Below, one piece after another: positions 40,323 through 59,939 of a DNA stretch of 64,000 nt (its first letter is position 1; the number at the start of each line of letters is the position of its first letter). This DNA is from the human T2T-CHM13v2.0 reference genome, Homo sapiens, in assembly GCF_009914755.1 (NCBI RefSeq), contig NC_060925.1. One strand, written 5' to 3'. The position numbers and the translations under genes are program-made. Below the pieces are notes generated by a model. The model saw only the letters and a list, made by a program, of their open reading frames with translations. It was not told the DNA's origin and made no database searches.

Positions 40323-42085
40323 CCTGTGCGGGGCAGCTCAGGCCCCAGGGGGTGCCCCCTCACCCATAAGCCGGCCCTGAAAGGGGAGACAGGGAAAAGT
40401 GGGGGAGGAGTGAAGTTCCCTCTCCCCTGAAGCAAGCCAGCAGGCTCCTCTCCTGGTGTATCCCCAGAAGACCCTGTGGGGTGGGGGAAAAGAACCCTCT
40501 CTCCAGCACTGCCCCAGTTCCAGCCAGCTGTCATTGTCACTCAAGGCCCTTCCCTCTGCAACTGGCCCAAACTGGCTGGTGTGAGGCCTGCCTGCATGAC
40601 CCCAGGTAAGGACAGGACACACCCACCCCCATCTCAGCTTTTCCTCTTCTCTCCTGACTGGGTCTGGGACATTCAGTAGGTGACACCTCCTGGCCCCCCT
40701 CTTGCTAACCCCTTCTCAGCTATAATTAGAGACTGAAGCCTTAAAATTATAAATAGTGACTCCTTGGCACTGGGAGGAGGAAAAGGGCACCATGTCTGAC
40801 TCCCCCTCCCTCCCAGACCCCCACGGCACCCTGGGAGCAATGCAGGCACTGCGCCTAGGCGGGGGCAGCCGTGTGGCTGACACTGTCCTTTCTAGAGTTG
40901 AGGAAGACACAGTTCGGGGAGGCAGCCTAGAGGTCACTGTGCTGGTCTAAGCTCATGCTTCAGGGGCCCTTCCCACCGCTAGGGAAGAACTGAGTAGGGA
41001 GGAGAGTTGGTGGGGGGGACTGTCTTCGCCAAAAATGAATCTGCATCAAAGCCAGATCAGAGGCTAAATTTAGCTCTGGCTGCAGCTGTCTGCCCGACCA
41101 CTGTGCCACCCCCTCCAGGCTCTCTAGCCCCCTGCTCCTTCCCTGGCTCCTAAGAACCAGTGCATGTACTTGAGGGGGGAAGAGCAGACCCACCCCCTAT
41201 GAGAAGCCAGGGGTACAAGGGACTAGTGAAGCAAAATGGCTAAACGTGCGCCTCTCTCCCTTCCTTCCCTCATCTGCTGCCTCTGAAATTAAAATATAAA
41301 TTATTCAGTGACAGGCAGGTAATTGTAGCCCAAAGTCCAGGAAAAGATGGATATGGTGGAAGAGATGGTGAGACAGGTCTCCTTCCACCATCAGCCTCCC
41401 TCAGCCAAATGACCCTGGCTGGGGCCCACAGCAGGAGGTATACACCAGCTTCCTGCCTTCCCCTAAAATTGAAGTGAGGGACTTGGTCGGCTCCAAAAAT
41501 CAGATCAAGAAGGGTGAGACTCCTTTCTTTTGTGAACAGATAACTATCCTTCACCAATCCTTAGTTGCCCATCCCACCGTGTCCCCTAAAACAGACCCTA
41601 AGCTTCCAGGCCAAGCCCCCTTCCATCTCCCCAGTAATTCTACTCTCCCAGCCAGGACCCAAGTGTCCCCCCACCCCCAATCCAGCATCACTGGTGGGGA
41701 GGCTGACGTCAGGTGGGGCCCCAAGAGAGCTGAAGAAAGGAAAAGAGTAGGAACACCTAATGATGACCCCCCTTCCCCAGGGCAGAGTAGCAGCTAGCTA
41801 ACGACCCTCTGGTGTTGAAAGGCTGGGCCTTCCTCCCTCCCCCGACATGTTTCCGGATACTGTTGTTCCCAGGGGAAGAGAAAGGGACGTAGCTTGTCTC
41901 TCATCCTCCCCAACCTGCTCTCCCCACCACCCCCCTGCCTCCAAGTTGCCCTGAGCAACTGGTATCTTCACCCTGGAAACAACTTTGGTCTCTGGCAAGT
42001 GAGGAGAAGAGCCAGCCCCTCTTTCTGCTCCCTGCTCATGCCTGCTTCCACCCCCTGCCCTCAGGAGCTGCTGCCCTTTCCTTAC

Positions 42086-42135
42086 CTGGGTTGGTGACTC
42101 CTGTGGGGGCTTGAGGGGGATAGGAAACCTCTGAC
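42086..42135 (-). other. SEMA6C: Probable SEMA6C 5' UTR exon (50 nt)
   Basis: tgtcttccatcag| acceptor and CCAG|gtaagg donor. Confidence 0.55.
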
Positions 42136-43249
42136 CTGATGGAAGACAGGACAAAGGAGAGAAGAGACTGCATTATGCTCCCCTTACCACATCCCTTACA
42201 AGTAAATGTAAAAATTCAAGAAAAGTCTGCTGACGCTTGGGTAGGGGAGATGCTGCCTTGAAAATGGGAGGGGGCTGATGACACTTCTTAATAGTTTGGT
42301 TACAAAGGTGCTGGTGGCTTTATGCCCAGAGATGCAGGGGAAGGGGATGGCCCCTTTCTAGAAACTGCTAGAACTACAGGGCTAGCCTTGGCAAAGGGGG
42401 TCACTGGGAGAGTTTGTGGGGCATGGCGACCACTCCCATGTTAAGGCCCTCAGAATCCAACAGCCTTCTTAGCAAAAGCGCCTTAGCTAGGGACAATAGA
42501 GGCTAATTTGCATCTCATTTACATGCTCTTCATTTCCAGGCAAAATGATCTGATAGCAAGCACCCTCAACCCTTTCCTTCCTCCCTGAGAGAGCAGGCTG
42601 TGCCTCCCTTCCACTCAGTCTACACACACACACACTCACACCCCACTTTAGGCTGGATTAGTCCAGCCTCTACAAACACTTGGCTGGCCTTTGCATTGGC
42701 CTTCTAGACTCAACTATGATACACCTTTAAGAGGGCTTCTTGTAGCTGTTTCTGGGAAGCAGCATCTGGTCAGCTCCTCAACTCCTGGCCTGGAGAAAAG
42801 ATCACTCTGCCCTGGAAGAATCCGAGCTGCTTCACACACCCCATCTGAAGCACATGGGAGAGACCTGGCCGACTCTCCCCTTTCCAGATCCTCCCGTTGC
42901 TGGGAAGAGGAAACAGCCCTTCTCTCTCCTGGCCCCGAAGCCACCTCTGGGGAATGGCTGGGGTCACAGCCAGAGTCTAGGAGAGCTGTGGAAGGGATGG
43001 AGAAGGGGAGACTGGGCTGGGGACAATAGCAGGAAGCCTTTGGGCTGGTCGCCCGCCCCAGTCCACCTTCCTCAGAGGGAGCAGGGTCGCGCCAAGGAGC
43101 CTGTGGAACCGGAGCTTTCCTTTCTCCAAGCCATTTCCCCCACTCTTAGCTCTTAGCCCCACACTCAGCACCTACCCTCCTTCCCACCCAACCCCCAACC
43201 AGGACAATCCAGGTGTCTAAAGCCTCGAAAAGAGGTGGGCCTAGGGCCA

Positions 43250-44950
43250 GGGGCTCGACCTGTCTCCCCCTCACCGGATCCGGGGCTCCGAGGAGGGGCC
43301 GGTAGCAGAGTCTGGGCCGGGACCGGGTCCCAGAGCCACGTTAGCGAGAGGAGGGGCTGGAGGGGCCTGCAGGCGCAGACGAAGAGGGGATAGGAGCGGG
43401 GGTTGGGGAGCGGAGGCGGGTCTCCCAGGCCAGGGAAACAGGGCCAGAGGCTGAGAACCGACGAGGGCGGGCCTGAGGCCGGCGCTCAGTGGGGACCGTG
43501 GGCTCAGGAGGCAGTTGCCAGCTCGGATGTCCTCCTTGGGAGACCTCAGTCTAACAAAGCCCCGGGCCGAGCGGGCTGAAGGAAGGAGATAGGCGCTGGG
43601 ACCGATGTTGCTCGAGGGCCCCATTCGCCGCCTCTTTGCACGAGCCAACCCTTCAGAGGGTGCTCAGATTCCGGCTTGCACAAGGACAGAGGAGCACCCG
43701 TGACACAAAGTCCGGAACGATGCGTCCCTCTTCCCATCCCTTCAGGGGCGTCAGGAGGGTCTAGTTCTCCGTGGGTCTCGGAGCCCTAGTTTCCTTGCTG
43801 GGAAAGCAAGGGGCCAGGTTTTCCACGCTCTCTACGGAGCGCGCCTCAAATAATCCCTTTTCGCGCTTCCCAGTCCAGCGGGATGCGACTCGACGAAAGC
43901 CCAATTGAACGAGGTGCCCAGACTCTGCTCTCACCAGTACAGTTACGGGGCTCGGCCACTGTCCCTCCTTCCTCCCTGCACCCCAATTTCGTTGACCCTC
44001 TCCGTCAGCCAGGCACACCGGGCGCCGACACCTCCCTGGTCCCCTAGCGCTTCAGAAGCTTGCCCCCCGCCGGCCGCGCCCTCCTGCTCCCTCCCCGCCT
44101 CCCCGCAGCCCCTTCCCTGCCCGGGGTACTTGCTCCAGGATTCGGGTCAGCGGGATCGAGATCGCCGCGGGCGGCCAGCGGCCACGCGCTGCGCTGAGTT
44201 CGCAATCCGTGGTTGTGCTCAGGCGAGATGCGATGAGCGTCCGAATTGGATGGTGCTTGAATTTGGGTTCCAGGGCGCTGTCGGGAGAGCCCTGGGTCCA
44301 AGTCCAGCCGCGGATCCGCGGAGGAAAACAATGCGACCGCCCGGGGCTCTGGGCTCGGCCCCAGTGGCCCCGCCCGCCTCCCAGCCGGGCCCACCTCCTG
44401 CCCGCCTTTGGGTCGCCGCGACTAATCCCGCCCTCGGAGGGCGGCTAGACACCGCCTTCTCGTCACCTCTCCGCCAATAGTGCTGCCCGGGGAGGGGCGC
44501 CAGGAGCACCGTCCACCCAGAGGGCCAGGCCGGGAGGCTGAACTGGAGACCAGAGACAGACGCGAGATGGAGAGACCCACGGACAGTCGCCGACACCGGG
44601 CAGAGGAAGAAATACATACAGAAGCAGAGACAGGCTGGCACAGGAGAGGCTCTGGGGAGAAATTTCCCAAGAGAGGAAGAGGAGCTGGGAGGAGAAACAG
44701 ACAGGAAACCTGGGAGCCTCGCGGGGCTGGGCTGGGCTGTCAGAGCCTGCGCGATCCGTCCTCCCTTCCCCTCCTATACGGCTTGGGCGACCTTGCTCCC
44801 GAGGGCGCATCCCGCATCTCCCTGACTCTGCCCCCAACTCTCTGTTGCTCCTCTCTATGCGTTGTCCCTCTGTCTCCTTATTTCTCCCCGTAGGCCTCCT
44901 CTGGTTCGTCCTGACCCGGATAAGGAGGCCTAGCATGCGCGTGGGGGCTG
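43250..44950 (-). promoter_or_regulatory. SEMA6C: SEMA6C CpG-island promoter and non-coding first exon (possible donor GCAA|gtaccc at 44130/44129)
   Basis: CpG-rich; GC boxes (~44367-44378, 44427-44433); CCAAT at 44474; ATTGG at 44245. Confidence 0.75.
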
Positions 44951-46808
44951 GAGGCCTGGGAAAGGAAAGGAAGGTGTCAGCAGGAGGTTTCCCTTGTTTC
45001 CATGATCTCCTCCCCTCCCACCTCTACAAAGCAGCATGAGTTTGGGCCACTATGGCAAGAACTAGCTAGCAGTCAGGCTGTTGGGTAATGGAAGAGGGCA
45101 GGTGAGAGAGGCTGAAGCCAAAACAGATGTGGAAATCAAGACTAACTGACTCAGAGAAAGGCACAAAGAGTAGCAACGCTAAGACTTGATAAAGTAACCC
45201 ACACAGCCTTCCTGCCCCACAGACATACGTCCCACCTTTCCTCAGAGGACCGTGACATCCCTCCAAACAGCAAAACTGCCCCTTCTCCCTCCCCACCCTT
45301 CATAAAGCCCCTGGGAATGTCAGTGAGGAGGAAGAATAAACTACTACAGACAGGATTGCTTGGTACCTTGGTATTGCCTGGTAGGATTCTTCTCTATGTG
45401 GGGCTGGGACAAAAGACATTCTCAAAATTCTCCAGGAAAGTGGGTGGCCTGGGAGACACTGGCATTCTCAGATAGTTTTATCTGACTGAACACTTCTACC
45501 CACATCTTGGACTCTGGACTAGAGGAAAGGAGGGGGAAGGGGTTTGCCACTTTAGGCCAGCCTTAACTGGACTGTGATCAGGGAGGGGAGTATCAACAAC
45601 TAGGCTAAGCCCCACAGCGAGTACACAAGAGACCTAAACATACACACACATGTGCACACGCACATACAGAGAAAGAGAGAGACAGAGAGACAGATTTAAG
45701 GCCAGGTGAACCAGTAAGATGAACAGTAACTCAGTAAAGTCAGATCTAAAAAAATAGAAGAAGATAAACAGGGACAATATCTACACAGAATTAACGGCCG
45801 AGGGATCTTGGGTCCAAGGCAATTCAACAAACTGTCAGACAGTTGGGGTTGTTTTAAAGGCTGGAAAGAAATTTTCAGAGAAAGACACCTCAAAATACAG
45901 AGGCACTGAGAGGTTAAAAGAAATCTCCTCAGCTCCTAGCACAGGGTTTAGGTACTCAGATACATGCTTATGGAATAGATTAGTGAGTGGGGATTAAGGT
46001 GTAATTCATTTAAAGTTTTAGGACCCAGCTCAAATCTCAGTTCAATCCAGTAAGTATTAAACACTTACTTGAGACACAATCTACTACACAATCCACTGTG
46101 GGTTGTGGTTCCAGACTTTAAGAAAATGATAATATATTTGAATTAAAATAAGATTTGCACATACTAAACTATTAAAAAGTCTAAACTATTAAAAAGACAG
46201 TACTAAATATTAAATATTTAATAGTACTAAACTATTAAAAAGACAACACCAAGTCTCAAAAGAAAAGCTACATTGAACATAAATTTCCAAATGTGCAAAG
46301 AAGACAATAAATATTCTCCGAAGACTGCACAGAAAGATGCTGGATACATTTTATCATGAAGGACAGGAAAACTTTGGTGGGAGTTGGCTTGGTGCAAAAG
46401 AAGAAAATGTTCCCGAGGGACACAGCTTCAGCAAAAGCTTTTACTTGGTTAGCAAGGAGCCTGCAGCATGGATAAAAAAAAGGTCCTGTGAGGCTGGTGT
46501 GTGGGAAAGGCACTAGTTAGGAGCAAGGGGAGGGAAAAGGGGAAGACAAATTACAGAAGGCCTGGAATGACTAGGTGAGCTGGTTAAAATCATCTGACAG
46601 GAGTAGGACGTCATTTTAAATTCTTGAAAAAGGGTGCAACTTGTATTTTTTTATTTTTTTAAGCAAGAAGACAGAGACCTACTAGCAAGTAAACAAGGTT
46701 TAAAGGTGAGGGGAGAGGGACAATCAGACAAGGGTGATGGGAACAGATTTAGAAAGAAATACATGAATCTGAGAGCTATTTTGAAGGACAAATCAAAATG
46801 ACTCTCTT

Positions 46809-53833
<7,025 letters not shown>

Positions 53834-54259
53834 ACTCAGTAGGCTTGTTCCTCTACGCTAGTGATTCAGTGCTGTGCTGGCACCTGCTGGTCACCTGTGG
53901 TGCAGCAGCCCTGGTCCCAGCACCTTCCTCCCTTCAGTATTAAGGGTTGTGACAGTCTGTGCTCTTACCTGGCAATCACTGGAATAATATATTAAATACT
54001 TGCCCCACAGCACCACCTTTCAATCTTCAGAACTTTTCCCACTGACCTCCTACCCCAGAAATTTGGGCTTTACATCCTTCCCAGTACTGTAGAAATGTAA
54101 GGACAGGATCTTCAGGAACTGGGCAGCAAGAAAAGAAAGAAGCAATTTGAGAGTGGAGGATGCAAATCCCTTTCCCCCCTTCAAAGAATTGAGACTATTT
54201 CCAACAGAATTCCACTCTTTTTGACCTTTGTCTTATTTCTAGGTTGCTCTTGGGCCATA

Positions 54260-54424
54260 GGCCTTCTTGGTGACAGAAGTGATGAACCGGAGGTTAAGCA
54301 GAGAGTAGGTAGGCGGGGCTCAAGGGGTGGGGCCAAGCCAAAGGGCTCTCACACTAAGTGAAGCTTCTCCATTCTGTAAGCTTTCCGGGAACATCCAAGG
54401 CAAGACTGGCACCCAGCACAGCAG
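54260..54424 (+). promoter_or_regulatory. TNFAIP8L2: TNFAIP8L2 promoter and non-coding exon 1 (donor GCAG|gtgagg at 54424/54425)
   Basis: GC/GT boxes ggcgggg and ggggtgggg (54312-54332); strong donor; matching acceptor cttctag| at 56367; TSS not resolvable from sequence. Confidence 0.65.
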
Positions 54425-55339
54425 GTGAGGGACCGGCAGTGACAGAATGGTAGACTTTAGGGGTAATGGTGGCAGAGGAATCTCTAGCTCTTTCAGTCTT
54501 AGCTTTTCATATTGTGAAACTCTCGCTTGTACAATTCTTGGGTCCTTTGTAGAGCTTAGCTTAGTTTTTCTGGTGGCAAGGCAGCCTCTGAAAGACCTGG
54601 TTTTGGATGCGGTGGGGGCAGGGCTGAGGGATGCAGGTGGATCCACATCCATATGGATGTGTGCGAAATGCAAGGAAATCTTAGGAAACAAGGAGATAGA
54701 TGGGTAAGGGCCAGAGGGAGAGTATGGCCAGGCCAGAGGATCATAGGGAGGACCCAGACAAGAGAAAAAGGGAGACTGAAACAGGGAGAGAGGGAGAAGA
54801 CAGCGGAATAAATGTGAGACGGCAATGGGGGCAATGGAGAGCTGGGTAACAGGAAGGCCAAGGAGGAAGGAAGGCTCACATGGAGCAATCTCCTCTTCCG
54901 GCTGGGGAGCATGGTCCAGAAAGCCCCAAGGCAAGCTGGGAGCAAAGCAAGGTTCAGGTTTCCACTGGAAGGATTCAGCTGGGGAAAAAAACCCCCACAG
55001 TCTCCACCTCCTCTGCCTCTTCAGACTCCCATTTTGGTTTGGGGGAGAGGGCGAGGCTGCTCCTCACTGCGGTCACAGCCACATCCTGCAGAGCAGAGGA
55101 GGGGGAAGTAAGAAGCAAAACAACCAGAAGAACCACAGGCGAAGACCATGGGGAGAGAACCCTGGACACATGGAGCTGATATGCCACCAAGAGGGTCCTG
55201 AGTTCAGTGTAGCAGAAGGCTCAGACCTTCAGGACTGCCTGCCCTTCTTGAGGTGTTGGCTTCTCGTGCTTCCTCAGTGTGCTTTAACCACACTGGGAGC
55301 ATTCCGGGGAAGGAGGTTTCTCTGGATTATTTGGTTTGA

Positions 55340-56051
<712 letters not shown>

Positions 56052-56399
56052 TCAGGTAAGCCCTGTCTTCACTGCAGCAGCAACAGCCTACTTCCCCTTG
56101 AGATGTAACTTGTGCTAGGCTAGCCTCCCGTGTGCCCACATTCCTCCAGCCGGGGCTATCGCCACTCCCGTGGGCTGTTTTGGAGTCAAGATTTGCTACA
56201 GCACTAAGGGGAAAAAGCAGGCAGGAGCAAGGCATAGAGGACTGAGGGGCCCCAGGGGGCGGAGAGGATGACAAACAAAGATGATGATGACATGGAAACT
56301 AAAGAAGCAACAGAAAAGGGAAAAGCCATTTCTCTCTTTCTAAGGAAGCCTGTGGCCTTTCTTCTAGTGACTGACCACATACCCCACTCTCCAGGACCC

Positions 56400-56954
56400 A
56401 TGGAGTCCTTCAGCTCAAAGAGCCTGGCACTGCAAGCAGAGAAGAAGCTACTGAGTAAGATGGCGGGTCGCTCTGTGGCTCATCTCTTCATAGATGAGAC
56501 AAGCAGTGAGGTGCTAGATGAGCTCTACCGTGTGTCCAAGGAGTACACGCACAGCCGGCCCCAGGCCCAGCGCGTGATCAAGGACCTGATCAAAGTGGCC
56601 ATCAAGGTGGCTGTGCTGCACCGCAATGGCTCCTTTGGCCCCAGTGAGCTGGCCCTGGCTACCCGCTTTCGCCAGAAGCTGCGGCAGGGTGCCATGACGG
56701 CACTTAGCTTTGGTGAGGTAGACTTCACCTTCGAGGCTGCTGTTCTGGCTGGCCTGCTGACCGAGTGCCGGGATGTGCTGCTAGAGTTGGTGGAACACCA
56801 CCTCACGCCCAAGTCACATGGCCGCATCCGCCACGTGTTTGATCACTTCTCTGACCCAGGTCTGCTCACGGCCCTCTATGGGCCTGACTTCACTCAGCAC
56901 CTTGGCAAGATCTGTGACGGACTCAGGAAGCTGCTAGACGAAGGGAAGCTCTGA
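56400..56954 (+). CDS. TNFAIP8L2: TNF alpha-induced protein 8-like 2 (TIPE2), 184 aa
   Basis: cccATGg start; [22 protein letters not shown]...[12 protein letters not shown]...LLDEGKL*, TIPE family; 555 nt. Confidence 0.97.
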   Translation: MESFSSKSLALQAEKKLLSKMAGRSVAHLFIDETSSEVLDELYRVSKEYTHSRPQAQRVIKDLIKVAIKVAVLHRNGSFGPSELALATRFRQKLRQGAMTALSFGEVDFTFEAAVLAGLLTECRDVLLELVEHHLTPKSHGRIRHVFDHFSDPGLLTALYGPDFTQHLGKICDGLRKLLDEGKL

Positions 56955-57431
56955 GAGCCCTGAGCCTAGCACATTCCACCTTGACAAAATGGTTGACTGA
57001 GAAAACACAGATAATGGGCTTCCTAACCCTGCTCACCTGGCACTAACACTTTTCAATCTTCAGGCTTCATTCCTTCCCAAGAGTGCTTTTGACTCTGAGA
57101 CCAGCCCACCCCCAAACAGCTAGTGGAGAAGGAGCAATGCTGAGGGGTGAGGCCTCTCTCCCACTCCAGCCCCAGGACAGGAAACAGAACTGCCTGAAAA
57201 AGGTGAAGTGAAACTTGGATCTCTATTTCTCCCATAAGGGACTTCTGAAACAGGGAAGCCCCCTCCCATGTGAACCAAGGAAAGGAGGCACAGCCCAGAG
57301 AACCCCTTTGGGGATACTAAAGACAGAAGAGGGGAAGGTGGCCCTTAGAGACAGAGCTTGGACAGATGCCAGAGGCTCTGTTCCAGAGTGCAGGAAGAAG
57401 GGGCTAGGGCAGGGGAGATTCTCATAGGGGA

Positions 57432-57437
57432 AATAAA
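57432..57437 (+). terminator. TNFAIP8L2 poly(A) signal
   Basis: First AATAAA after the stop (~480 nt downstream). Confidence 0.75.
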
Positions 57438-57465
57438 ACTACTAAAATATGCACAGGGCTCAATG

Positions 57466-57471
57466 TTTAAT
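57466..57471 (-). terminator. Probable LYSMD1 poly(A) signal (ATTAAA)
   Basis: tttaat on +; I found no other minus-strand AATAAA/ATTAAA between here and the LYSMD1 stop. Confidence 0.6.
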
Positions 57472-57939
57472 CTGTCCAGCTTCGTATACCTTATAATCAT
57501 CACAGAAGAAAGGAGGTATATAAACATTACTTATCTCACCTCTCATCATTTCCAAACAGGAGACTGAGGCAGATTTCCATTATTACTGAGGTTCCCTTAC
57601 CTACTTCTGTTTAAGAAACAAAACAACTGTACCATAGATCAGTGCTACAAATCGCAAATAAATATGCAGTGAGGAGGAAGGCATAGAGAGAGAGGGTCTG
57701 GAGGGGAGGGGGTGTAACAAAGAGACTCCCACAACTGGCTTCCTCTTCAAACCCCAAGGAAAGCCTTCTTCCATCTGTTCCCCTCACCACAGGCTGAGCA
57801 GAACAGGTCAGAAGGGTGAACTGGTAGAATGGAGAGTTCAGGTCCCTACAGTGCTGCTTTTTCTCAGAGTCAAGAATTGTGAAAAAGTTACAGGGAATTG
57901 GTTTGTCAAGACTGAGCCCATTCAACAGGAATGGGGTAC

Positions 57940-57940
<1 letters not shown>

Positions 57941-57983
<43 letters not shown>
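57941..57983. repeat. A43 homopolymer (U43 in the LYSMD1 3' UTR), not attached to an Alu
   Basis: 43 consecutive A between ggggtacc and gaatcag. Confidence 0.95.
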
Positions 57984-57985
<2 letters not shown>

Positions 57986-58609
57986 ATCAGCCCAAATCTG
58001 TCACTTTGAGATTGGAGAAAAGGCCAACAGTCATCCATTCTCTGTGGTGGGCTATATCACCGATTGCCTCATCCTCAATAACATGTTTGGCTAACAAGGT
58101 GGGGAAAGTGGAGAACCAGCAGTCACTGGCTCACTGTTCCCGGGTTCTCCTCACCCCAGGGCTATAGAAATTCCATTTTTCAGCTAAGAGTGGGAAGAAA
58201 TAAAATATAGCAAATAAATATTACTTCAATATTAGCACCAAATAAATTATGTCACATAGTTGGAGATGAGGAAGAAGCTGAGGGGGAGTCTCTGCTTCCC
58301 TGTTCTAAGGCCAGGGAAAGGTAAAAAGGATAGGAAAGGCAACAAGGATATAAAAAGAGCCTTTTGAGTCTAAAGGACTCAACTCTAGATTCAGCCCAAG
58401 AACTGGGAAAGGTCCAGTTCCCATTCCCTAATCTTGCCAATAAAACTGCCCCAGGCCAAGGAATTTTTGGCAGACAAGGAGGCTGGGGAGGATGGCTGGA
58501 GTGGAGGGAGGCAGGCTCATAAGCCATGTTCTTGAGCCTCACCTCAGGCTCCTCTCCCCCTGAAGTTTCTCTTTCAACATCTTGCTTCTCTCAGTCAGTT
58601 CTGGGGACA

Positions 58610-58748
58610 TCAGAGTTTGAAGATTTCATCCTCCTGGTCCCGTAGTGTCCGGGTCCGAGAGGTACGGGTCAGCGGCACAGGACCTAGGACTGCTCGTTGC
58701 TGCATCCAAGGGGAGCTCAGGTGGAGACCTGCATCCTCCCCAGGTACC
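58610..58748 (-). CDS. LYSMD1: LYSMD1 exon 3 (VPGEDAGLHLSSPWMQQRAVLGPVPLTRTSRTRTLRDQEDEIFKL*)
   Basis: ttgcag| acceptor, 139 nt to TGA. Confidence 0.93.
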
Positions 58749-58944
58749 CTGCAATTGAGGAAAGGGGGGAAAGAGTGACAGATCAAGGGAAGAACCTGAC
58801 AATGGGCCAAGTGAGAGGTACATGGAAAGCTATCTTCTAATACATAAGCTGGTTGCTTCAAGACAGTCTCAGTACCCTCTAGATAAATCCTAACCCTAAT
58901 GCTCCTTCATGGATGATCAGAGCAGTAAAAACAGTTAACTGTCA

Positions 58945-59310
<366 letters not shown>

Positions 59311-59463
59311 TCACCTCTGCTCATTATCTTGGGGCCACATGGGGGAAAGGTATCACCTTGCCTCTGTTGGCACTGTCCTTACTTACTTGTGTTTGTGGTT
59401 AGGTAAGACAGGAATGATGGAGGAGTCTAGGGAGGAACTTATAAGGAACCATTCAAGACTCAC

Positions 59464-59828
59464 CCATTTTCCCCTTTTTTCAGCTTCTGAGCAGCAGCCT
59501 TCTTGGACAGGCTGATCTGTGAATCAAGCTTCTTAAGGAAATCAGAGGCAGAGAGGTCATGGATGGGCGTGGGGGTTTCCTGGCCAGGTGTGGGGAGGAC
59601 TTCACCATTGGCACGTCCTGCTCCTGTCTCTTGTTTCTTCCTCTCAGTTGAGTGTGGCCAAACTTCACTGTTACTTGGGTGTACTTTTTCCTCTCCATCT
59701 TTCTCTTCCTCAGAGTCCAAACCATTGAACAGGTCTCTGGGCTCTGTCAGGATGGGGATGTAGAGGGTTTTCTTCAGGAAGATGGAGTCATTAGTATAAA
59801 GGCGGTTTGCACGTTTAATCTGTTCCAT
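59464..59828 (-). CDS. LYSMD1: LYSMD1 exon 2 (MEQIKRANRLYTNDSIFLKKTLYIPI...KLKKGENG)
   Basis: tttttaag| acceptor, GG|gtgagt donor, 365 nt; second half of the LysM domain. Confidence 0.95.
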
Positions 59829-59939
59829 CTTAAAAAAAAAAGTCACCAAAATTAAGGACAGTAATAATGATCAATCTTACATCTTGAGCTTTTTAAAGTG
59901 ACTGTACAGAGTCTTCTTTGATTCCATAACAACCAAGCT

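Noticed and set aside
43271-45039. Overlapping 60-190 aa ORFs on both strands
   Set aside because: CpG-island promoter sequence with few stop codons; no domain signatures.
46161-46245. Short direct repeats with spacers as a CRISPR-like array
   Set aside because: Only three 16-nt AT-rich units with irregular spacing (1 and 30 nt) in a human locus with no cas genes.
57880-57990. A43 tract as the tail of a processed pseudogene
   Set aside because: No poly(A) hexamer 10-30 nt upstream, no target-site duplication and no recognisable retrocopy body.
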